From an uncultured Caenibius sp. (GTDB taxonomy: Bacteria; Pseudomonadota; Alphaproteobacteria; Sphingomonadales; Sphingomonadaceae), in contig CAYXTO010000013.1 in NCBI GenBank assembly GCA_964468045.1, positions 21,392 through 85,391 of the forward strand: 64,000 nt of DNA, written 5' to 3'. Below the pieces are notes generated by a model that worked only from the letters and a program-made list of their open reading frames with translations, had not been told where the DNA came from and ran no database searches. Made by a program: the position numbers and the translations under genes. Below are positions 24,132 through 32,823 of this stretch, in pieces. How positions within the stretch are numbered: position 1 is the stretch's first letter; each line of letters opens with the position of its first letter.

Positions 24132-25415
24132 ATGAGCCTTGCCGATCTGACTCAATTCCGCGTCGAACAGCGGGATAACGGCCTCGTCCACTTCATCTTC
24201 GACGCGCCGCGCTCGATGAATGTCTTCTCCAACGCGGCGATCGCGGAGCTCGGCATCTTCGCGGACTGGCTGAAGGACAGCGACGCCAGGGGCGTGGTGA
24301 TCCGTTCCGGCAAGGCCAACGGCTTCTGCGCCGGGGCCGACCTCACGGAGCTGGCGGAAGCCTATCAGATGATCGTGGCGGCCCGCCCGGAAGACCGCTT
24401 CGACATCGCCTTCGATCATTTCTTCCGCCTCAGCCATGCGATCCGGCGGATGGAACGCGCCGGCAAGCCCATTGCCGCCGCGATCGCGGGGGTTGCACTC
24501 GGCGGCGGATGCGAGCTGGCGCTCGGCGCGCATTACCGCATCCTCGCGGATACGCCCCGCGCCATGCTGGGCCTGCCGGAACATGCCGTGGGCCTGCTGC
24601 CCGGCGCGGGCGGAACCCAGCGCATGACGCGACTGGTCGGCATCGACATCGGCCTCGAAGTCCTGCTGCACGGCCGCACCTTTGCGGGACAGGAAGCGCT
24701 GCAGGTCGGGGTGGCCAACCGTCTGGTGCCGGAAGGCGAGGAAGTCGCGGCGGCCGAGGAATGGTTGCTGGGCGCGCAAGCCAGCGCGATCCAGCCCTGG
24801 GATGCCAATGGATACCAGCCGCTGGCCCATGCCGATTATGCCGACGCCATCGAACGCCATCGTGGGGCCGAACTGGCGCGGATGCTGGGCCACGAACCGG
24901 CACCACTTTCCATTCTCGAATGCGTCGAGCTCGGCCTGATGCAGCATATGGACGGGGCGATCCGTTCCGAAATGGCCGTGTTCTCTCAGCTGATCCAGCG
25001 GCGAGAGCCCCGCAACATGATCCGCGCCTCGTTCCTCGGCAAGCAGGCCTTCGACAAGGCGCGCCGCGCCGAAGCGATCCCGCAAGCGGCAAAGGATGCT
25101 GCCGCAAAGGCAGGCGAGGCGGTGAACGATGCGCTGGCCGCCACCCCTGCCCTTGCCAGGGGCGGTTTCGGATCGGCCAAGGGCCAGGCACCCGTGCAGA
25201 ACAGCATCGAGCGTGGTTATTGGCTTGAGAGCAGCACCGCTGATGCTGCGGAAGCACGCAGCGCGGTCGCCAGGCTGAAAGCCGCCATCGAACCGCTCGC
25301 CGCAGGGTTGAGCGAGGACGAACGGCTGATCTTCGACCATATGCTGGTGCGGGAAGGCCTCGTTCCGGCCTATCTTGGCGGCAGCTACGGCATTCTGGAC
25401 GGTGACTGGAACTGA
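24132..25415 (+). CDS. Crotonase-fold protein with a ~230-aa C-terminal extension of unknown function
   Basis: Start moved to MSLADLTQFRVEQRDNGLVHFIFD (ATG 24132). The first ~190 aa are crotonase-like (GFCAGADL, AAIAGVALGGGCELAL). The remainder has no dehydrogenase Rossmann motif. Confidence 0.75.
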   Translation: MSLADLTQFRVEQRDNGLVHFIFDAPRSMNVFSNAAIAELGIFADWLKDSDARGVVIRSGKANGFCAGADLTELAEAYQMIVAARPEDRFDIAFDHFFRLSHAIRRMERAGKPIAAAIAGVALGGGCELALGAHYRILADTPRAMLGLPEHAVGLLPGAGGTQRMTRLVGIDIGLEVLLHGRTFAGQEALQVGVANRLVPEGEEVAAAEEWLLGAQASAIQPWDANGYQPLAHADYADAIERHRGAELARMLGHEPAPLSILECVELGLMQHMDGAIRSEMAVFSQLIQRREPRNMIRASFLGKQAFDKARRAEAIPQAAKDAAAKAGEAVNDALAATPALARGGFGSAKGQAPVQNSIERGYWLESSTADAAEARSAVARLKAAIEPLAAGLSEDERLIFDHMLVREGLVPAYLGGSYGILDGDWN

Positions 25416-25440
25416 GGCCCTCGCGGGGTCAGACAGAACC

Positions 25441-26472
25441 TCAGATCTGCCCGCCTTTTCCATCCGAGATACGGGCCAGCAAGGTGCCTTCGTTCCGCCC
25501 GGAGAACAGCAGGGACAGCGTTTCCGGCAGGTTTTTCAGTCCATCGCGCACGTCTTCGCGATGGGCCAGCAGACCCTTGGCATCCCAGGCCGCAAGGTCC
25601 GCAAGCCCTTGGGGGATGATGTCGAGATGATGGCGGACCAGGAAGCCTTCCATCCGGATCCCGCCATAGATCAACCGCATCATGTCGATCGGCGGCGCGG
25701 TGATCGCGCCTCCGCTCTCATAGCTCGAGATCTGGCCGCACAGCACGATCCGCCCGCGTGGCCGCATCCGCGCCGCGGCCGCCACCAGCATGTCGCCACC
25801 GACATTGTCGAAATAGATGTCGATCCCATCCGGGCAATGCGCATCCATGCCTGCCGCGACATCTTCCGACTTGTAGTCGATCAGATGCTCGATCCCGCAT
25901 TCCTCGCGCAGCCAGCGCAGCTTGTCCGGCCCACCAGCGATGCCGACGACCTTGCATCCGACAATGCGGCCGATCTGCGCGACGATGGAGCCCACCGACC
26001 CGGCCGCGCCCGACACCAGCAGCACCTCGCCCGCCTTCGGCTCGCCCAGGCGCATCAATCCGCAATAGGCGGTCAGCGCATTGATCCCCAGGACGCCCAT
26101 GGCATCCACCGATCCGATGTCCTCGGGAATGATCCGATAGCCTGCGGTCGGATCGACCCATTGCTGGTCCTGCCAGCTGCCCGATCCGAACAGCCGCGCC
26201 CCCGCCGGAAAGTCGGGGTTGTTGCTTTCGACAATCCGGCCGATCGCCGGCGCGAGGATGGGCTGCCCCAGCTCGACCACCGGATGAAAGCTGTCGCGCT
26301 GCCCGCTGATCCAGTTGCGGATCGTCGGCGCGCATAGCAGCAGTTCCCACTGTATCAGCACCTGGCCGGGAGCGCCCTGCCCCGCCACATCGGGCACTTC
26401 GCGATATTCAAAGCAATCACGCCCGACGGCGCCCACCGGATGCTTGGCAAGCAGCCACTGCCGATTGGTCAT
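25441..26472 (-). CDS. NADP-dependent zinc-independent MDR oxidoreductase (alkenal/enone double-bond reductase, YncB/PTGR1-like)
   Basis: 343 aa. VSGAAGSVGSIVAQIGRIVGCKVVGIAG cofactor motif, no zinc ligands. The N-terminal KHPVG...F pattern fits the leukotriene B4 dehydrogenase / enone reductase subgroup. Confidence 0.85.
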   Translation of the reverse strand: MTNRQWLLAKHPVGAVGRDCFEYREVPDVAGQGAPGQVLIQWELLLCAPTIRNWISGQRDSFHPVVELGQPILAPAIGRIVESNNPDFPAGARLFGSGSWQDQQWVDPTAGYRIIPEDIGSVDAMGVLGINALTAYCGLMRLGEPKAGEVLLVSGAAGSVGSIVAQIGRIVGCKVVGIAGGPDKLRWLREECGIEHLIDYKSEDVAAGMDAHCPDGIDIYFDNVGGDMLVAAAARMRPRGRIVLCGQISSYESGGAITAPPIDMMRLIYGGIRMEGFLVRHHLDIIPQGLADLAAWDAKGLLAHREDVRDGLKNLPETLSLLFSGRNEGTLLARISDGKGGQI

Positions 26473-26493
26473 CTCTGTTCCTTCTTGTTTCGT

Positions 26494-26784
26494 TCAGGAA
26501 TTGGCCGAAGCCACTACCACCTGGAATTCCGAATTGCCTTCGCGCAGTTTCTTGACCTGGGTATATTCCGGCGAATGCCAGAAGGTTTCTGCGGCTTCGA
26601 CCGAGGGAAACTCCAGCACGCCCACGGTGTGCCAGGGCCAATCGCCTTCGAGCACCACCGGCGGAACGCCACGACCGATCAATTTTCCGCCATGCGCCGC
26701 GATCAGCGGCTGCACTGCCTCGACATATTTGCCGAACTGCTCCGCATCATCCACGCGGGCAAAAACCACCATGTAAGCGGACAT
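26494..26784 (-). CDS. DUF1330 domain protein (dimeric alpha/beta-barrel superfamily)
   Basis: 96 aa. MSAYMVVFARVDDAEQFGKYVEAVQPLIAAHGGK...EFPSVEAAETFWHSPEY is the typical DUF1330 pattern. Confidence 0.8.
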   Translation of the reverse strand: MSAYMVVFARVDDAEQFGKYVEAVQPLIAAHGGKLIGRGVPPVVLEGDWPWHTVGVLEFPSVEAAETFWHSPEYTQVKKLREGNSEFQVVVASANS

Positions 26785-26809
26785 CAGGAAATCCTCCCCT
26801 CTGGTTTGT

Positions 26810-27700
26810 TCACTTTGCGAAGCGCGCTTCGGCGAAGTTGGCTATCTCGTCCATCGCTTCCCGCGTCGCTTCGAGGAAGGGGAAGAAAGTCCAGATATGG
26901 ACGAGATCGTCATGCAGGGAGAGGCGAACCTTGCCCCTGGCTTCCCCGATGCTCACCGCCAGGCGCACGGAATCGTCGCGCAAGGCTTCGGTCGAACTGG
27001 CGATCAGCATGATCGGCGGCAGCCCCCGATGATCGCCCCACAGCGGCGAAGCAAGCGGCTCCTTCTTCGGGTCGAGATCGCCGACATAGACCTTGCCCAT
27101 ACCGACGATCAGGTCTTGCTGGATCAGCGGATCGGTGTCGATGTTCGCGCTGTTGCCTTCGCCGGCCAGATCAGTGAGCGGCGCAATTCCAAGCGCACCG
27201 CACGGCAGAGGCAAGCCCCGGTCGCGCGCATTCATCAACGTGGCGATGCACAGCCCGCCGCCCGCCGAATCCCCGCTCAACAGGAATTTCTCCGGCGGAT
27301 GATTGGAAACGCACCACTGGTACACCTTCAAGCCGTCCTCGACCGGCGCGGGATAGGGATGCTCGGGAGCCAGGCGATAATCGGGAAGAATCACCGGAGC
27401 CCGGGTCGCGGCGGAAAGCCGGCCGCCGAACTCGCGATAGGCGCGGGCCGACCCCATGACATAGCCCCCGCTATGGAAGTGAACCACCAGCCGGTCAGCC
27501 TGGGCGCCGGGGGCGGTGACCTTGTAGCAGGGCACCCCTTCGATCTCGATCTGCTCGATGATCAGGTCCGCGGGCAACGGGATCTTGTCCGCCATGTCCT
27601 CGAAACCCTGGCGATACTCCTCGATCGGCGCATCGACCGCTTCGGGTGTCGCTTCGCGGAACATGGCGATAGCCCGGGCGCGGGCCTCTGCTTCGGTCAT
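26810..27700 (-). CDS. Alpha/beta-hydrolase esterase (hormone-sensitive-lipase family)
   Basis: Oxyanion HFHSGGY (HGGG-type) and nucleophile elbow GDSAGGG. 296 aa. Confidence 0.85.
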   Translation of the reverse strand: MTEAEARARAIAMFREATPEAVDAPIEEYRQGFEDMADKIPLPADLIIEQIEIEGVPCYKVTAPGAQADRLVVHFHSGGYVMGSARAYREFGGRLSAATRAPVILPDYRLAPEHPYPAPVEDGLKVYQWCVSNHPPEKFLLSGDSAGGGLCIATLMNARDRGLPLPCGALGIAPLTDLAGEGNSANIDTDPLIQQDLIVGMGKVYVGDLDPKKEPLASPLWGDHRGLPPIMLIASSTEALRDDSVRLAVSIGEARGKVRLSLHDDLVHIWTFFPFLEATREAMDEIANFAEARFAK

Positions 27701-27818
27701 CCTCTATCTCCTGCAGGGCCAGCCGAACTAGCCGAACCTCATTCGGATAATGAGTAGTCAGCAGCCCGATCGAAGGCAAGAGCCGCCTCGAGCCATCAAA
27801 ACGATCGGGAGCAGGAAC

Positions 27819-27837
27819 TGTCCGAAATTGTCCGAAA
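27819..27837 (+). repeat. Tandem direct repeat TGTCCGAAA x2 (10-bp period) upstream of the SDR gene
   Basis: TGTCCGAAA at 27819-27827 and 27829-27837, about 70 nt upstream of the start at 27909, in the 208-nt divergent intergenic region. Confidence 0.35.
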
Positions 27838-27908
27838 ATGACTCGCCTTTCCCGCCGGGCAGACGCTACACAGCGCGCGATTTGTTGATGCACGAAAGGG
27901 AGCAAGGC

Positions 27909-28649
27909 ATGGCCGGACGGCTGGAAGGAAAAGTTGCGATCATCACCGGGGCCGCGCAAGGCCAGGGCGCGCATGAAGCGCGCGCCTTTGTCGCGGAGGG
28001 CGCGAAAGTCATGCTGACGGATGTCAGGGACGAAGTGATGGATGTCGCCCGTGAGCTGGGCAATTCGGCCCGGGCCATGAAGCACGATGTCTCCGATGAA
28101 GACCAGTGGAATGCGGTCGTCGCCGAAACCATCGCCGCATTCGGCAAGGTCGACATCCTGGTCAACAATGCCGGGATCTTCGCACCCAATCCGATCACCG
28201 AGACCAGCAAGGAAAGCTATATCGCCCACTTCAACGTCAACCAGCTGGGCATGTTTCTGGGCATGAAGGCGGTGATCGAACCGATGAAGGCCAACGGCGG
28301 TGGCTCGATCGTCAATATCTCCTCGGGCGCCGGGCAGCGCGGCTATCCCGACATGATCGCTTACCTGTCCACCAAATGGGCTGCGTCCGGCATGACCAAG
28401 GGCGCGGCCCGCGAGCTGGCTCCGTTCAAGATCAGGGTCAATTCGATACACCCCGGCCTGATCGAAACGCCGATGATCACCGGCGCGGGCGGGGATGCCG
28501 ACTTCATGAAGGAAATCGCGGCCACCGTTCCGCTCGGCAAGATCGGCAAGACCGACGACGTGGTGGAGCCGGTGATCTATCTCGCCTCCGACCAGTCCAG
28601 CTATGTGACCGGCTCGCAGATGACGATGGACGGGGGAACGGGGCTCTAA
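27909..28649 (+). CDS. SDR-family dehydrogenase (3-alpha/20-beta-hydroxysteroid dehydrogenase-like classical SDR)
   Basis: Start at MAGRLEGKVAIITGAAQGQG with AAGGGAG upstream. NNAG, YLSTKWA catalytic region, PGLIETPM. Confidence 0.85.
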   Translation: MAGRLEGKVAIITGAAQGQGAHEARAFVAEGAKVMLTDVRDEVMDVARELGNSARAMKHDVSDEDQWNAVVAETIAAFGKVDILVNNAGIFAPNPITETSKESYIAHFNVNQLGMFLGMKAVIEPMKANGGGSIVNISSGAGQRGYPDMIAYLSTKWAASGMTKGAARELAPFKIRVNSIHPGLIETPMITGAGGDADFMKEIAATVPLGKIGKTDDVVEPVIYLASDQSSYVTGSQMTMDGGTGL

Positions 28650-28664
28650 GCCCCGCCCGGATGA

Positions 28665-29696
28665 TCAGATACGATAGAAGCGCGCGGCGTTGTCATGGAA
28701 CAGTGCCGCGCGTTCGCTTTCGCTGGCGCCTGAGGCCAGGCGCTTGAAGGCATTCCACAGCGTGACATAGTCGTACATCGCCTTGTCGACCGGGAAATTG
28801 CTCTCGAACACGCAGCGTTCCGCGCCGAACAGCTCGATTGTCGTTTCGAACCACGGGCGCCAGCTATCCGCCAGTTCCTGCGAACTGGGCGGCGTCGGCC
28901 GTTCATGCCATTCCGCGCCGGTGATGATCATTCCGAGCCCGCCCAGCTTGACATGGACGTTCGGGCAGCGGGCAAGCTCCGTCATATCCCTGCGCCAGTC
29001 GCTGAAGCGTTCCTTTTCCCGTGTCTTGTAGGGACCGACCCCGATCGGGGTGCCATAGTGATCCAGCATGACGCGCAGGTCCGGCAGCGCCCGCGCCACC
29101 TCCGCGAGTTCGGGCAATTGCTGGTGATAGAGCATCGCCTCATAGGACAGATCGTTGGCGATCAGCCGCTTCAGTCCATCGCGATAGGCAGGTTCGGCCA
29201 GCAGATAGCGCTGCGCGGGCTTCAGGACGATGCCATCGGGAAAATTGCTGTCATAGCTGACGCTATGCCGGATACCGCGCAAGCGCCCGTCCGCCACCCG
29301 GCGATGTTCGTTGAGCACATCCTCCAGCCTGTCGCCCAGGGTAAGGTCCGCAAAGGAAACGATCGCCGCGCATAATCTGGCCGCGATCCCGCGCCGCTCC
29401 GCTTCCCTGGCGACCCTGGTGACCGCTTCGGTTTCCCCGGCGCTGCGGAATTCGGCAGGACCTGAATCGCGATAGGCATAGCCCGCCTGGACCAGCACGG
29501 TGGCGACCACATTGTGCCCGCACGCCAGATCTTCCGCCAGCTCGTCGAGCAGATAGGCGTGGCCGCCTTCTTCCCACAGGTGATGATGGGCATCGATGAT
29601 CGGCAGGCCGGGATCGATTACCTCTTCGCGCGCCAGAGCGAGCCAGGCCGGATCGGGTGGCGGATACCGGTAGTGACCGGCAAGATCGAGTCCCAT
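28665..29696 (-). CDS. Amidohydrolase-2 family metal hydrolase (lactonase-like)
   Basis: Start moved to MGLDLAGHY (ATG 29694-29696). The N-terminal IIDAHHHLW motif and a C-terminal D-containing FESNFPVD are characteristic of amidohydrolase-2 lactonases / LigI-type enzymes. Confidence 0.8.
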   Translation of the reverse strand: MGLDLAGHYRYPPPDPAWLALAREEVIDPGLPIIDAHHHLWEEGGHAYLLDELAEDLACGHNVVATVLVQAGYAYRDSGPAEFRSAGETEAVTRVAREAERRGIAARLCAAIVSFADLTLGDRLEDVLNEHRRVADGRLRGIRHSVSYDSNFPDGIVLKPAQRYLLAEPAYRDGLKRLIANDLSYEAMLYHQQLPELAEVARALPDLRVMLDHYGTPIGVGPYKTREKERFSDWRRDMTELARCPNVHVKLGGLGMIITGAEWHERPTPPSSQELADSWRPWFETTIELFGAERCVFESNFPVDKAMYDYVTLWNAFKRLASGASESERAALFHDNAARFYRI

Positions 29697-29707
29697 GAGA
29701 TGAAGCC

Positions 29708-30415
29708 TTAGCGGTTGACAGGGTTGACAGGGTTGAGAAGTGTCATCGCCCGATCGAGCATCTTGGCAGTCGCCTTGTTGATGTCCTTCGGCTTGCGCAT
29801 CAGCAGCCAGGTCACGATCACCTGGTTGACGGCGCCAACCAGTATCGATGCGGTCTCGTAATAGTCGAGCTTCTCGCCGCTCCATTCGCCCCGCGCCGTT
29901 CCCATGCGCAAGGCATAGAGCAGGATCCGGGTGTAATCGTCGAACATATCCTTGAGCTCGCCCTGCGTGACCGTGACGCTGGGCCAGATTTCCAGATAGA
30001 GCGCCCGTGCCCAGTCGGGATTGCGACGCGCGAAATCGACCGAGAGGTAGAGGAAGTGCCAGACATATTCGTATGCGGTGGACTTCTTTTCGACAAGGGC
30101 GCGATATTCCTCGAAGAATCGGCACAGATTGGCCACCGGCACGGCGTGCGCGATGTCTTCCTTGCCTGCGTAATATTCATAGATGGTCGAGACCGGAATC
30201 CCGGCCTCCGCGGCAATGTCGGATATGCGCGATGCCGACAGGCCATCCCGCGCAAACACCCGCATGGCTGCGTTCAGGATCTCCTTCTCACGTTGCCGGC
30301 TGCGATCCTGCTTGCGGGAACTGTTCGGCTTGCACCGTTCCACCCTGCTATCGAGATAAGCGTACCACTCCTCGTCGGAGTAGGCATCCTGTTGTTTAGG
30401 CTGAATTGCCGCCAA
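29708..30415 (-). CDS. TetR-family transcriptional regulator
   Basis: HTH region KEILNAAMRVFARDGLSASRISDIAAEAGIPVSTIYEYYAGKEDI. 235 aa. Confidence 0.85.
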   Translation of the reverse strand: MAAIQPKQQDAYSDEEWYAYLDSRVERCKPNSSRKQDRSRQREKEILNAAMRVFARDGLSASRISDIAAEAGIPVSTIYEYYAGKEDIAHAVPVANLCRFFEEYRALVEKKSTAYEYVWHFLYLSVDFARRNPDWARALYLEIWPSVTVTQGELKDMFDDYTRILLYALRMGTARGEWSGEKLDYYETASILVGAVNQVIVTWLLMRKPKDINKATAKMLDRAMTLLNPVNPVNR

Positions 30416-30451
30416 TTTCTGGTTCTCCCGCTGCCGCCCTTTTCAGTCACC

Positions 30452-30469
30452 TAGCTTAAATATAAGCTA
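30452..30469. promoter_or_regulatory. Inverted repeat TAGCTTA-N4-TAAGCTA, candidate TetR operator
   Basis: Perfect 7-bp arms at 30452-30458 and 30463-30469. Lies 37 nt upstream of the TetR start, in the region divergent to the SnoaL/acyl-CoA synthetase/LLM genes. AT-rich relative to its surroundings. Confidence 0.4.
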
Positions 30470-30473
30470 CAGC

Positions 30474-30540
30474 AAAGTCGAGAAGTGGTCCCGAAGGCAA
30501 GCTGGCGGATGATTCGCCAGACCGACTCAAAAGTCGAGAA
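30474..30540. repeat. Pair of 11-bp direct repeats AAAGTCGAGAA
   Basis: Identical copies at 30474-30484 and 30530-30540 (56-bp period), in the same divergent intergenic region. Confidence 0.35.
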
Positions 30541-30600
30541 AAATTCTTGTTTCGGGGGTGCCAAAATGCTTTGAACCTGCTGCGGGATGAGGATCGGATT

Positions 30601-31176
30601 ATGAGCGACACAGTGGAAACCTCTGAGAAGCAGGGCTGGCAATTGCCCGGATGGGCACATGCGACCGGCGCGATCACCCTTGGCCCAGGCGTCCTGCACG
30701 GCGATGCGGAAGCTCGGCAGCTCGTGGTCGAGCGGGTGGCCCGCTATTGCTGGGCCTATGATGAACGGCGGGCGGATCTGCTCGCCGATTGCTTTACCGA
30801 GGATGGCGTCTGGGAAGGAAATGTGCTGGACCAGGTCCCGATCGGCCCGTTCAAGACACGCCAGGGGATAGTCGAATGGCTGACGGGTTTCTGGCCGCAC
30901 CAGCATGACCAGCGCCGGCATATGCTGCTCAACAATCTTGTTGAAAGTCTGGATTCCGACAGCGCAGTGACGTTCAGCTATCTGCTGCTGATGTCGAGCG
31001 ACGGTGAGGCCTCCAAGATCGAGTGCACCGGCTTCTACCGTTGCGAATTGTCCAGGCAGGGCAATGTCTGGCGGATCGGCAGGATGACCGCCTGTTTCGA
31101 TGCGCCGTTCTGGCCCGGCAAGCTCGATCGCATGAGTGAGAGGGGGCGGCGGCGGCATGGTGTCCTTGCAGACTGA
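30601..31176 (+). CDS. SnoaL-like / NTF2-superfamily protein
   Basis: Start at MSDTVETSEK (ATG 30601). VVERVARYCWAYDERRADLLADCFTEDGVWEG is the typical SnoaL_4-type N-terminal helix / cone pattern. Confidence 0.7.
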   Translation: MSDTVETSEKQGWQLPGWAHATGAITLGPGVLHGDAEARQLVVERVARYCWAYDERRADLLADCFTEDGVWEGNVLDQVPIGPFKTRQGIVEWLTGFWPHQHDQRRHMLLNNLVESLDSDSAVTFSYLLLMSSDGEASKIECTGFYRCELSRQGNVWRIGRMTACFDAPFWPGKLDRMSERGRRRHGVLAD

Positions 31177-32815
31177 ACTGCAGCCGGTGTCGGAAAGAAG
31201 GAAGCCGCTGACCGAATCCTACTGGCCTGCCAGTCAGGATTCGCAATTATATCCCGTGACCTGCGGCAGCGTGCTGCGCGCTTCGGCGGCGCGATGGCCC
31301 GACAAGGTGGCGCTGGTCGATCCCGGCGAAGATGGCCGGCCCATCCGCCGCTGGACCTATGCGGAATTGCTTGCCGAGGCCGAAAAGGTCGCCGATCTCC
31401 TCGCCGCGCGGTTTGCGAAAGGGACCCATGTCGCAATCTATGCGGCGAATTGCCCGGAATGGGTGTTCGTCCAGTTCGGCGCCGCATTGGCCGGAATGGT
31501 GCTGGTGACCGTAAATCCGGCCTGCAACACCGCAGAGCTCGCTTATATCTTGAGGCAGTCGCGATCGCGTGCCGTATTCCATCAGCAATCGTGGCGCGGC
31601 ATCGAAATGGGCGCCGTGGTGGATGAAGCGGCCGCGCGGGAACGGCTGGAGATCGCGCTGAAGGTCAATATCGACGATCCCGCCCGGCTTCGCGCCCCGG
31701 ATGGTCCGCCGGCGCCGTTGCCCAATGTCGCTCCCGCCGATCCGGCGATGATCCAGTATACGTCCGGCACCACGGGTTATCCCAAGGGCGTATTGCTGTC
31801 CCATCACCAGATCGCCAACACTTCGCGCATCATGGCGGAAGTGAAGGAGCTCGACGAGAGCACCATAAACCTTTCCGTGGCGCCGCTGTTCCACACCGGG
31901 GGCTGCGTGGGCGGTGTTCTCGGCGCGGTTCAGATGGGATCCACCCTCATTCTTCTGCGCTCCTTCGAGCCGGAGTTCATGCTGGACCTGATCGAGGCGG
32001 AAAAGGTCACATATACCTTCGCCGTGCCGACCATGCTGATCTCCTTGCTGCAAGCGCAGCGTCAGCGGCCGCGCGATCTTTCCAGCCTCTCCATGGTCTT
32101 CTCCGGCGGCGCGACAGTGCCGGTTTCGGTCGTGCAGGACACGGAACGGGAATTCGGCGTGCGCCTGATCATCGGCTATGGCCTGACCGAAAGCTCGCCA
32201 GCCATTACCCATACCCGCCCCGGCGACAATGCCAGGGACATCAGCGAAACCATCGGACGGCCCATCCCGCTGGTGGAGGTCAAGATCGTCGATCCGGAGA
32301 CCGGCGCAATCCAGCCGATCGGGGTCTCGGGTGAATTATGCTGCCGCGGTTTCAACGTCATGATGGGCTATTACGACATGCCCGAGGCGACCGCCGCCGC
32401 CATCGATCCGGACGGCTGGCTGCACTCGGGCGACCTGTGCCAGATGGACGAGCGCGGCTATTGCCGCATCACCGGCCGCCTGAAGGACATGATCATTCGC
32501 GGCGGCGAGAACATCTATCCGCGAGAGATCGAGGAAGTCCTGATCGCTCATCCTGAAATCGCTTCGGTCGCGGTGTTCGGTATCCCCGATGAATATTGGG
32601 GAGAGCAGGTGGGTTGCGCATTCGTGCCGGAACCTGGCCGGGCACCGAATGCGGCGACGCTGGCCGAACATTGCGGCAAGAGCCTGGCCCGCCACAAGAT
32701 CCCGAAGATATGGTTCTCGATGGCGGACCTGCCGCTGACTCCGTCCGGCAAGATCCAGAAATTCCGCCTGGGGGAAATGGCGGCGGCCGGCGATCTCGAT
32801 TACGCCCGGCTGTGA
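31157..32815 (+). CDS. AMP-dependent acyl-CoA synthetase/ligase
   Basis: IQYTSGTTGYPKGVLLSH, GYGLTESS, HSGDLCQMDERGYCRITGRLKDMIIRGGENIYPREIE, PSGKIQKF. ATG at 31157 preferred over GTG at 31136. Overlaps the SnoaL stop by 20 nt. Confidence 0.85.
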   Translation: MVSLQTELQPVSERRKPLTESYWPASQDSQLYPVTCGSVLRASAARWPDKVALVDPGEDGRPIRRWTYAELLAEAEKVADLLAARFAKGTHVAIYAANCPEWVFVQFGAALAGMVLVTVNPACNTAELAYILRQSRSRAVFHQQSWRGIEMGAVVDEAAARERLEIALKVNIDDPARLRAPDGPPAPLPNVAPADPAMIQYTSGTTGYPKGVLLSHHQIANTSRIMAEVKELDESTINLSVAPLFHTGGCVGGVLGAVQMGSTLILLRSFEPEFMLDLIEAEKVTYTFAVPTMLISLLQAQRQRPRDLSSLSMVFSGGATVPVSVVQDTEREFGVRLIIGYGLTESSPAITHTRPGDNARDISETIGRPIPLVEVKIVDPETGAIQPIGVSGELCCRGFNVMMGYYDMPEATAAAIDPDGWLHSGDLCQMDERGYCRITGRLKDMIIRGGENIYPREIEEVLIAHPEIASVAVFGIPDEYWGEQVGCAFVPEPGRAPNAATLAEHCGKSLARHKIPKIWFSMADLPLTPSGKIQKFRLGEMAAAGDLDYARL

Positions 32816-32823
32816 TCCCCGGC

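Noticed and set aside
29713-29737. Tandem 9-bp repeat GGTTGACAG (2.8 copies), each copy containing a TTGACA hexamer.
   Set aside because: It lies inside the 3' end of the TetR coding sequence (it encodes ...NPVNPVNR). It is most simply a small in-frame coding duplication. The TTGACA orientation does not face a downstream gene.
28665-30125. N-terminal extensions offered by the ORF track for several genes: 28665-30125, 13220-14404, 35367-36980, 61189-62691, 23913-25415, 43640-44605, 9233-10246, 27750-28649, 49678-52140.
   Set aside because: The extensions overlap the upstream gene or have low-complexity translations. Internal starts coincide with RBS-like purine tracts, ATGA overlaps or the conserved N-termini of the respective families.
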